From the NCBI GenBank assembly GCA_049292975.1, contig JBATRZ010000062.1, forward strand, positions 1-55,033: a stretch of DNA of 55,033 nt, read 5' to 3'. A model generated the notes under the pieces. It did not search any database. It had not been told where the DNA came from and was given only the letters and a program-made list of their open reading frames with translations. The DNA is from Candidatus Saccharimonadales bacterium. GTDB lineage: Bacteria > Patescibacteriota > Saccharimonadia > Saccharimonadales > JACDBH01. Positions within the stretch are counted from its first letter, which is position 1. Each line of letters opens with the position of its first letter. Positions 7,060 to 14,364 of the stretch are shown one piece after another. The translations under genes and the position numbers were made by a program.

Positions 7060-7176
7060 GCCAGAAATTTCACAGTTTTCATTTGGCATTTTACAATAAT
7101 TTTTCATTTTACATCTGTTATTGGAGTCATTTGTGAAATGTGAATTGTGAAATTAATGAAAATTGTAAATTGTTAC
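7060..7176. repeat. Gene-less inverted-repeat module of the TGTGAAA word family, downstream of rpsF
   Basis: The left part carries AAATTTCACAG...CATTTTACA...TTTTCATTTTACAT. The right part carries TTTGTGAAATGTGAATTGTGAAATTAATGAAAATTGTAAATTG. It shares the 15-mer TGTGAATTGTGAAAT and the 9-mer TGTAAATTG with 25459-25500. Confidence 0.75.
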
Positions 7177-7190
7177 GGGCTAATTGTTAA

Positions 7191-7571
7191 TTACTCTTCG
7201 TCTTTAGGTTCGTCGTCGGCTTTGTCGCCGCGCTCGGCGGCTTTGGCAGCCTTCTCGGCCCTGGCGGCTTCGGCCTTGGCTTGCTTCTTTAGATCGGGGC
7301 GGACAATCAAGAAACGTACAACCTCGTCAGTGATGTTAAGGGTGTCGTTAATCTTTTGTATGCCCTGGCCGTCCATCTCAACCGTGTAGAACACGTAAAT
7401 AGCAAATTCCTGCTTATTGATCGGGTATGCCAGCTTGCGCTTGCCCCAGTTATCGGTAGCGGTGACCTTACCGCCATTCGCGGCAATGATAGCCTCTACC
7501 TTGCCGCTTGCCTTCTCAAGGTCAATCTCAAGACCCTGATCAAACAATACAGCAATTTCGTATTGTGCCAT
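7191..7571 (-). CDS. rpsF: 30S ribosomal protein S6
   Basis: MAQYEIAVLF...WGKRKLAYPINKQEFAIYVFY is the bS6 signature, followed by an acidic/Lys-rich tail. Gene order rpsF-ssb-rpsR. Confidence 0.9.
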   Translation of the reverse strand: MAQYEIAVLFDQGLEIDLEKASGKVEAIIAANGGKVTATDNWGKRKLAYPINKQEFAIYVFYTVEMDGQGIQKINDTLNITDEVVRFLIVRPDLKKQAKAEAARAEKAAKAAERGDKADDEPKDEE

Positions 7572-7600
7572 TGTATCCTTTCTTCGAAAGAGAGGGGATT

Positions 7601-7668
7601 AAAGATTAGAGCTTACAGATTTTAGAATTTTCTTCTCTAATCTGTAATCAAAATTCTGTAATCTTACC
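7601..7668. repeat. Gene-less module of the CTGTAAT/GATTAGAG word family, upstream of rpsF
   Basis: AAAGATTAGAGCTTACAGATTTTAGAATTTTCTTCTCTAATCTGTAATCAAAATTCTGTAATCTT shares GATTAGAG, ATCTGTAATC and TCTGTAATCT with the flanks of gene 5635..6018. Confidence 0.75.
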
Positions 7669-7761
7669 GTAACTTCCTATGGCTCATGGTTAGATACCTA
7701 AGAGTTCTAACCTGAAGTTAATTTGTAACAGAGGTAATTGTAGCAGATAACAGATATGCAG

Positions 7762-8583
7762 TCAAGCTGCCCCAAGCAGCTGGCGGCGCAGCGGGCTGAA
7801 GTATTCGGGCCAGCGCTCTTCCGGGAAAACCAGGGTAACTACATCCGCGGCGCAGGGCTTGGCCTTCTTGACTAAGCCTTCTTCAAGCGCCTGGCCGTAC
7901 ACCGGATCTACGGGCTCCACTGCCATCTCTATGGCTTCGCGCAGGATTTTCATACCTAAGCGGCGGCGGCGCTCGGTATTGCCCGATGACAGGAACGCCT
8001 TTATATCCCTCTGGCTTAAGCTTGTTAGGTCTTGCTTCTGAGCATAGGCAGCAAAGAATTTGCCGATATGCCGCGCAGCATAATCTTCGTTACGGTAGCC
8101 GATGGCACGGTTTTGCTTGGTCTCGTAGTGCATCTGCTTGCGGCCGCGTACAAAATCATAGGTCTTGCCCGACATAGCCACCAGCCCTGGATTGCCTGGG
8201 TCGCGTACGTCTAAGGCCTGGCGCGGCATATATCCGGCCACGGCCAGGACGGTAATGGCAAATTTGTCCTGTTCGGTCCGCGGCAAAATATCGGTGCCGC
8301 CAGGATAAGCCTCGTGAAAATTATTGTGCAGCCAGCGGGCAACCGTCAGGCAGCGGCTATAGCGTACGGCCCGGCCCGCATCACCCTGCAGTTCCCGGGC
8401 CTTTTTTTGATAAAACGAATGATGATCATCACTCCAGGTTCTCCGCTCGCCCCTAGGGGCTTCGTACGGGTGGATAGGATACGGCATGCCGTATTCATCG
8501 GTTGGGGCTAGGGCTAGTTCAGGCGGCTCGGGCAGGCGGAGAGGTGCTGGCGTGCCGGTTGGCGCGACAAGCAGCTCGGGCAT
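7762..8583 (-). CDS. Hypothetical protein (about 273 aa)
   Basis: Long ORF. The track start at 8601 is TTG, so the first ATG at 8583 is used here. No confident motif. Confidence 0.5.
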   Translation of the reverse strand: MPELLVAPTGTPAPLRLPEPPELALAPTDEYGMPYPIHPYEAPRGERRTWSDDHHSFYQKKARELQGDAGRAVRYSRCLTVARWLHNNFHEAYPGGTDILPRTEQDKFAITVLAVAGYMPRQALDVRDPGNPGLVAMSGKTYDFVRGRKQMHYETKQNRAIGYRNEDYAARHIGKFFAAYAQKQDLTSLSQRDIKAFLSSGNTERRRRLGMKILREAIEMAVEPVDPVYGQALEEGLVKKAKPCAADVVTLVFPEERWPEYFSPLRRQLLGAA

Positions 8584-8603
8584 GTTAGTCCCGTAGCCCA
8601 ATC

Positions 8604-8778
8604 ATTGTAAAATTCAGCATTGGATAGATTTCCCTAGTAAAAAGCTGCTCTTTTGCGCTGCAAACTCCTACAGCCTTCGCAACGTAGCTATGGCTACGCT
8701 TTGTCGGCTCTAGAAGTTTTCGCTGCAAAATCTTCTGCTTTTTATAGGCAGAAACTACCCAGTGCTGAATTTTATAGT
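8604..8778. repeat. Non-coding segment of about 175 bp closed by a 20-bp inverted repeat
   Basis: 8604-8623 (ATTGTAAAATTCAGCATTGG) pairs with 8759-8778 (CCAGTGCTGAATTTTATAGT). It forms 20 bp including 3 G:T pairs that work only on the plus strand. The interior contains duplicated GCTGCAAA words and two small hairpins. Confidence 0.6.
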
Positions 8779-8847
8779 TTTTGATTTTGCACCCTGCCAT
8801 AATTAACCTAAGAATATCCCGCAAAAACGGTTATGGCAAGCGAATTT

Positions 8848-10212
8848 TTACAGGCCTCGGGACGGCTGCGTGCCAGGCTTGAAGACATCCAAGTATGCAA
8901 GGTTCCAGAACGGTGCAACCGTACCTGCCTGGGTGGGGTTGTCTACCGGGTAGTATGTGTCCCTGACTTCTCCATATGCTGCAGGTATATCCGTTGAGCC
9001 AGTAATTACCAAGAACCTCTGCTTACCGCCGCCCACCGCCATAACACTGCCTGCGCTAACTTTGCCGTAGCCAGGCAAGTTTGGGCCGGAGTCAAGGTAT
9101 GAATGCTTTAGTGTCCAGCCATTTTTACTAACCTCATCCAACATCTGCTGGTGTGTCAGCGGATAAGCGGTAGTGTTGTACTTGGTGTACACCTCGTATT
9201 TAATTCCAGGCGCACCGCTAAACTCATAACTATAGGTAATAATCTGCCCGGCATCGTTTTTTATTTCCGTCACTTTAGGAGTACCTAAGTATGATTTTAA
9301 ATATCTAAAGTTATACCCTGCCTGTGTGTTATCCAGCTGGGCATAATCCTGGCCTTTCGCTGCGAGATCTGCCGCCTCACGGCTAAAACCAAGTTCACTA
9401 AATGCACCCTCAAGTGAAGCAAAATCGCCGCTGCGCATCTCGATATCCTGCGTAATCCCGAAACTCAAGTTATCGTCACTTACAGAATCCTTATAAATAG
9501 CCACTTTACTGAGCTGCGCCGTACCGGCATTGATGGTCATGTGCACCATGAGCGTATCGCAGTTTGCATCGTACTTTGGGTCATCTTTGGATTGAACAGA
9601 CTTGCCGTATAAATTATACGAACCGTCCGGACCAGGCGTCACCACAGCACCATCTTGTAGTACGTTGCCGTCTTTATCCGTCAGATCCAGACTAGCACCC
9701 ATGGAGCGTATTAGAACTGAATCCTCACCCACGTAATCCCTGATGTCAAACGCCTGCACATCAGAGTCTCCGCTATAGCTCTGGTACAGACCGCTTAATG
9801 AGCTTGTCTCGGCAAGTGCTGTTGTTGTCCTGTCCTTGAATAGCAGCGTGGTTGTAGACCAAGGGTTAGTATCAGAGCCGGTACAGATAAGTGCTTTCGG
9901 GCCAAAATATTCCTGCTGCTCAATCTTCCAGAAGGTTATCTCATCCTCAATATTACTCAGCTGCTCAGCCTTCATAGTGTCTGCGTACAGCTCGGTTGCC
10001 AGCTTGCTTACTGCTTGGGTTATTGCACTTTGCTGGAGCTTAGAGTCATGCCGCTTCAGCAAATAACCGGCCCCTAAGGCAACAACTAATCCAATGCTAA
10101 TCCCAAGCACCAGCCAGCGCTTGCGCGGCCGTCTTTTAGATACCGGCGGTTGCGGCGATTCGGGTACTGGACTGGCTGCACTGCCAAGCGGTTGGGAATC
10201 AAGCTGCTGCAT
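8848..10212 (-). CDS. Membrane-anchored extracytoplasmic hypothetical protein (454 aa)
   Basis: Pro-rich N-terminus, then a single TM helix (WLVLGISIGLVVALGAGYLL), then a large Ser/Thr/Asp-rich domain. Confidence 0.55.
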   Translation of the reverse strand: MQQLDSQPLGSAASPVPESPQPPVSKRRPRKRWLVLGISIGLVVALGAGYLLKRHDSKLQQSAITQAVSKLATELYADTMKAEQLSNIEDEITFWKIEQQEYFGPKALICTGSDTNPWSTTTLLFKDRTTTALAETSSLSGLYQSYSGDSDVQAFDIRDYVGEDSVLIRSMGASLDLTDKDGNVLQDGAVVTPGPDGSYNLYGKSVQSKDDPKYDANCDTLMVHMTINAGTAQLSKVAIYKDSVSDDNLSFGITQDIEMRSGDFASLEGAFSELGFSREAADLAAKGQDYAQLDNTQAGYNFRYLKSYLGTPKVTEIKNDAGQIITYSYEFSGAPGIKYEVYTKYNTTAYPLTHQQMLDEVSKNGWTLKHSYLDSGPNLPGYGKVSAGSVMAVGGGKQRFLVITGSTDIPAAYGEVRDTYYPVDNPTQAGTVAPFWNLAYLDVFKPGTQPSRGL

Positions 10213-10226
10213 ATCTATATAATACT

Positions 10227-12401
10227 CTATTCTTCCTCGGGCTCATGCGCCCCGGTATCGCCAGCGCCGCCAAAGACGTCATCCATGGAACTTACCAGCA
10301 CCTCCCGCGGGCGCGAACCGTCCGCCGGGCTGATAATGCCCTGCTCTTCCATCTGCTCGATCAACCTGGCGGCTTTGCCGTAGCCGATGCGCAGCTTGCG
10401 CTGCAGCAGGCTGGTGCTGGCCTTGCGGGCATCTATGACCACATGGACGGCGTCCTTAAGCTCGGCCTCGTCGCCGGACGTGCCGTCGTTAGAGTAATCG
10501 GCTACAATACCGCCCTTGCCGTTCAGCTGGACGGGTTGGCTAACCACCTCATCATCATACTGCGGGCCGCGCTGCATCCGCAGGAAGTCCATGATAGCGT
10601 GCGTCTCTTCATCGGTAATAAAAGCTCCCTGAATACGCTTAGGCTGCGGCATGTCAGGGGTCTGGAACAGCATGTCGCCCTGGCCCAGCAGCTTCTCGGC
10701 GCCGGAATTATCCAGGATAATGCGTGACTCAAGTTCCTGGGATACCGTAAAGGCAATGCGGGCCGGGATGTTGGCCTTGATTAGGCCGGTGATAACAGTA
10801 GCCCGCGGACTCTGCGTGGCCAGCACCAGGTGGATGCCGACAGCCCGCGCCTTTTGGGCGATACGCACCAGCAAAGCCTCAACATCACGGGCGGCCATCA
10901 TCATAAGGTCGGCCAGCTCGTCTATGACGATGACGATGTAGGGCATGCCTTCTTCCTTCATGACGGCGTTGTAATCAATAATATTGCGCTTTTTGTTTTC
11001 CTCAAGCGTACGGTAGCGGCGCTCCATTTCGGCCACCGCCCACTTGAGGGCGCTGATGGTCTTCTCGGGCTCGGTGATGATTGGGGTCAAAAGGTGCGGA
11101 ATATCGGCATACGGCGCCATTTCGACCCGCTTGGGATCTACCAAGATGAGTTTGAGGTCGCTCGGGCTGTTGCGATAAAGCAGGCTGGTAATTAGCGTGT
11201 TGATCATAACCGACTTACCCGCCTTGGTCTGGCCGGCGATAAGCAGGTGCGGCATGTCTTCGATAGCGGATACGATGGGGACACCTGCGATGTCTTTGCC
11301 CAGGGCAAAGCCAAGCTGCTTGTTCATGGCCGACCAGTCGCTAGAAGCCAGCACACTGCTGATACGCACCATTGCAGGCTTGACGTTAGGCACTTCCACG
11401 CCCACAGCTTTCTTGCCGGGAATCGGCGCCTCGATACGGATAGCCTTGGCGCCAAGGTCCAGCGCCATGTTGCTGTCCAGCGCTTTAATCTTGCTCAGTT
11501 TCACGCCTGCCTGAGGTTTGAGGGTGTACTGGGTAACGCGCGGCCCAACATTAGCCCCTTCCATCTCAACCGAGATATTGAAGTGCTCCAAAGTATCCTG
11601 GATGGTCTTGGCGTTGGCGTTCACGTCGCCCGGGTCTGCCTTGTCCTGCTTTTGGTTCAGCAGCTCCAGGCCCGGGAACTCCCAGTTAGGATCGGCTGCG
11701 GCGGTTAGGGCCGAATGATCCTCTTTGGCCGTCAGCTTAGCAGGCATGCTGTTCCTGACACTGGCCGTAGCTGGCGTCTTGTTATGCTCTACCGGTACGC
11801 CCTCTTTGAGCTGGAAGTTACGCAAGCTGGCAGCACCAGCCAGGGCAGCCATTTCTTCTTGCTCGCCTTCATTGTCTTTTTTCCTGAATAACCCGGCTAC
11901 CTTACCCAGTACAAGCGGTGAGATGCCAAAGCTGAAGAACAGCGCCAGCATTGCCAGAACCAAGAATAAGATACTGGCAGGTATCGGGCTCAGCGCGGTC
12001 AGCACCATGTTGCCTGCCAGGCTGCCCACCTTGCCGCCCAGGCCGCCCGTGTAGGCGCCATCGGCCGCACGGTCAGCGAAAGCCGTAAACAACCAGCCGG
12101 ACAGGAATGCCAGCAAGAATACCATGCTGAAGGAATTGCTTAAGGGCACCTTGTGATCCTCGCTTTTGAACTTGAGCACCCCAAAGTACACCAAAGCCAC
12201 CGGCGCGAGCCAGGCAGCCCAGCCAAAGGCCCAGTAAAAGCCGCTGAACAAACCCTTGGGCAAGTCGCCGCCGGCGCCAAAACCGCCGACCAGCAGGAAC
12301 AGGGCGGCCACAAACAGCAGGATAGCCGCCGACTGGCGCCAAAACAGGTTTGGCTCCTTGTATTCTTCTTTGACTGATTTCCGCTTTTTCTTTTTTGCCA
12401 T
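10227..12401 (-). CDS. ftsK: DNA translocase FtsK
   Basis: N-terminal TM helices, Walker A AGQTKAGKS, Walker B IVIVIDELADLMM, and a C-terminal gamma domain (LLQRKLRIGYGKAARLIEQMEEQGII). Confidence 0.95.
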   Translation of the reverse strand: MAKKKKRKSVKEEYKEPNLFWRQSAAILLFVAALFLLVGGFGAGGDLPKGLFSGFYWAFGWAAWLAPVALVYFGVLKFKSEDHKVPLSNSFSMVFLLAFLSGWLFTAFADRAADGAYTGGLGGKVGSLAGNMVLTALSPIPASILFLVLAMLALFFSFGISPLVLGKVAGLFRKKDNEGEQEEMAALAGAASLRNFQLKEGVPVEHNKTPATASVRNSMPAKLTAKEDHSALTAAADPNWEFPGLELLNQKQDKADPGDVNANAKTIQDTLEHFNISVEMEGANVGPRVTQYTLKPQAGVKLSKIKALDSNMALDLGAKAIRIEAPIPGKKAVGVEVPNVKPAMVRISSVLASSDWSAMNKQLGFALGKDIAGVPIVSAIEDMPHLLIAGQTKAGKSVMINTLITSLLYRNSPSDLKLILVDPKRVEMAPYADIPHLLTPIITEPEKTISALKWAVAEMERRYRTLEENKKRNIIDYNAVMKEEGMPYIVIVIDELADLMMMAARDVEALLVRIAQKARAVGIHLVLATQSPRATVITGLIKANIPARIAFTVSQELESRIILDNSGAEKLLGQGDMLFQTPDMPQPKRIQGAFITDEETHAIMDFLRMQRGPQYDDEVVSQPVQLNGKGGIVADYSNDGTSGDEAELKDAVHVVIDARKASTSLLQRKLRIGYGKAARLIEQMEEQGIISPADGSRPREVLVSSMDDVFGGAGDTGAHEPEEE

Positions 12402-12423
12402 GATTTTACCCTCAGTATATCAC

Positions 12424-12726
12424 TTAGACGCCGGGCAGGTTACCTTTATCTACCAGCATGTGTCCTAGCATGATTTTTGCCTCTTCTATGGCTGCCGCCA
12501 AGCCTTCGTCCGGACGGATGTTGTAATCGTCCACCAGGCTGTCAATCAGGGCTATCTGCCCGTCTATCTCGCTTAACAGGTCTGTCTTTGCAACCCCTAA
12601 ACGGCGCGCAGCTTGTTCGGGGTCATCACCCTGGCCGATTGCCTCAAGATACTCCTCTGCTGTCAGCAGGATCATATCGTCTTCGGTAGGCTCAGGAAAG
12701 CTATCAAGATAACTGTTCATGAACAT
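12424..12726 (-). CDS. Hypothetical acidic protein (100 aa)
   Basis: ATG-started ORF immediately downstream of ftsK. No motif recognised. Confidence 0.45.
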   Translation of the reverse strand: MFMNSYLDSFPEPTEDDMILLTAEEYLEAIGQGDDPEQAARRLGVAKTDLLSEIDGQIALIDSLVDDYNIRPDEGLAAAIEEAKIMLGHMLVDKGNLPGV

Positions 12727-12847
12727 ATCATAACAAAATGTTCGTCTTTTGTCAATTTTATCTTACCCGCACCGGCCGTAAAACCGAGCCAAACAGTCCC
12801 AAATTATTGTCCAGAGAATGCAATTACGGCTAATAGCCTATATTTTT

Positions 12848-13879
12848 TTAAGTACGAAGCTTGTAACAGACTTCCCCTGCAGGATGGTTGTAAGTTGATA
12901 CGTAAGAATTATATTCTTCGCGCGGATAGTTATCGTAATAATAGTTTGGAGCTGATCCTTGCGCTTTATATCTGTAGGTGACGCAGAGCTGGTACTTAAA
13001 ATACTTATGGGATCTGCTGGTTCCATATGAAATCATACTGCCAGAACTTGTGCCTGGGTCGTAATCACCACCCTCCGGCTTATACCGGACTAATCCTTTA
13101 TCCACCATGATCTTCGCGTCATCCTTTAGATCAAGCTCGTTTAACGAATCCGGCAACCGGTTTTTGCTATCCGTGAAGTATTCAACCGCATCGGTCACCT
13201 GTGACAGGTTATTTACAATGAGCGCATCGTCTTTACGGGCAAAATTTTTAGCGACCGGGCCGGCTATAACAGCAATCAATGCAATTACCGAGGTTACCAG
13301 CATAATCCAGCGGTATCTCCTGGCAAACCAATTAAACCTGGCTGGGTTAAGCGTACGTAAGAACGCGGCTGTATATAGCAGAGCTATTATAAACGCGCTA
13401 AGTATGGTTGCTATCTTGTCTGCATGGCCGCCGGAACTAAGCAGGATACTGACTATAAAGAATACTGCGGTTATAAGCGAGCCGACACCTAACAGGGCAA
13501 AGATGACAGCGTGGATTACCATTACTGCCATCGATGCGCCTGTCTGTTTAGCTGGCTCTTTGGCGCTATAGAAACGGTCACAAATAAAGGCAATCGGGAA
13601 CAGCACCAAAAGCGCTGTTAGCGCGTAGATTTCGAAATCACCTGTTTCCAAATCGGATATAAGCGACGCGAAGGTTACCGCAATCACGCTAGATAGGGCT
13701 AATAAAGTCCAGCCCCAGAAGGCATAGGTAAGCCACTGCAGCACCACCAAGCCGGATGAACCATGATGCGGCTTAACGGCAACTGGCGCGGGAGCTGCTA
13801 CTGGCTGCGGCTGGGTTGTTACCGGTTGCGGGTCTATTTGCTGATCTTGGTTGTCTGGCGCCGGCTGTTCGTCGTGCAT
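12848..13879 (-). CDS. Polytopic membrane protein with C-terminal extracytoplasmic domain
   Basis: Pro/Gln-rich N-terminus, about 6 predicted TM helices, and a Cys-containing C-terminal domain. Confidence 0.6.
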   Translation of the reverse strand: MHDEQPAPDNQDQQIDPQPVTTQPQPVAAPAPVAVKPHHGSSGLVVLQWLTYAFWGWTLLALSSVIAVTFASLISDLETGDFEIYALTALLVLFPIAFICDRFYSAKEPAKQTGASMAVMVIHAVIFALLGVGSLITAVFFIVSILLSSGGHADKIATILSAFIIALLYTAAFLRTLNPARFNWFARRYRWIMLVTSVIALIAVIAGPVAKNFARKDDALIVNNLSQVTDAVEYFTDSKNRLPDSLNELDLKDDAKIMVDKGLVRYKPEGGDYDPGTSSGSMISYGTSRSHKYFKYQLCVTYRYKAQGSAPNYYYDNYPREEYNSYVSTYNHPAGEVCYKLRT

Positions 13880-13936
13880 GTTTATACCTAGTTTACATAA
13901 TAACCATAAGTATAGCTAACTGCGCCGGCAATACAA

Positions 13937-14041
13937 CTAGTCTTGCTGGGCTACGTTGAGCAGCTTAGCAGAAACAACCGGCGTGTCTTCCAGGTACAGC
14001 TCCAGCGCCTCCTGGACATTGGCAACCGCCTCGTCATATGT
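13937..14041 (-). pseudogene. Possible remnant of a HicB-like antitoxin C-terminus (34 codons, no start codon)
   Basis: The minus-strand frame reads TYDEAVANVQEALELYLEDTPVVSAKLLNVAQQD-stop, resembling the HicB-family ...EA..N..EAIEL.LE segment. The upstream part is replaced by a terminator hairpin and an in-frame stop. Confidence 0.25.
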
Positions 14042-14071
14042 AAAAAACCGCCGAAAACTCGGCGGTTTTTT
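14042..14071. terminator. Bidirectional rho-independent terminator
   Basis: AAAAAA-CCGCCGA-AAAC-TCGGCGG-TTTTTT: a 7-bp GC stem flanked by an A6 tract and a T6 tract. Confidence 0.8.
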
Positions 14072-14119
14072 ATTTTATAGTTCAAATCGTCTCCCGGCGA
14101 TTTGTCCATGGTCTTCGGC

Positions 14120-14303
14120 CCGGCTTGCAAACCCCGCCTGATTCGGGCGTTGTTCAAAAATACAATAGAGAGCAAGGTGCGAGCCTAAAATTCCTACTTA
14201 AATTAGTTTGGAATTTTATGGCCGACTGCAAGGAGTCCTCCGAGCGTATTGTATTTTTTGACAACTGGCCGAGTCACGCGGGGTTTGCGCCGGTCAGTTT
14301 TTT
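14120..14303 (+). ncRNA. Candidate structured ncRNA (rod-like 174-nt hairpin with central bubble, 6S-like); strand tentative
   Basis: Nested pairings: 14120-14137/14278-14293, 14139-14146/14269-14276, 14149-14167/14247-14265 and 14186-14194/14210-14218. There is an asymmetric central bubble (18 nt versus 28 nt). A T6 tract at 14298-14303 follows directly on the plus strand. Confidence 0.3.
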
Positions 14304-14364
14304 GCATACTTTTTTGCTGACCCAAAAAAGTATGGGTTTGGTTCTTTACCTAAAGAACTGAGAA

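Noticed and set aside
7060-7668. CRISPR array hypothesis for the tandem word repeats
   Set aside because: Repeat units are only 7-14 nt, are imperfect, have no unique spacers of 25-40 nt, and no cas genes are present.
7762-8583. Possible His-Me/HNH-like motif (DDHHSF ... HNNFHE) in the hypothetical protein
   Set aside because: The spacing and surrounding residues do not convincingly match HNH consensus by eye, so the evidence is too weak to call.
8585-8824. 79-aa ORF in the 7762/8848 spacer
   Set aside because: It has low-complexity, odd composition and no ribosome-binding site. It spans the inverted-repeat-closed non-coding element, which is better explained as structured or repeat DNA.
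13951-14175. 74-aa minus-strand ORF across the terminator and hairpin region
   Set aside because: It reads through a rho-independent terminator and the long rod-like hairpin, and it is Arg-rich nonsense. A different frame holds the short HicB-like remnant.
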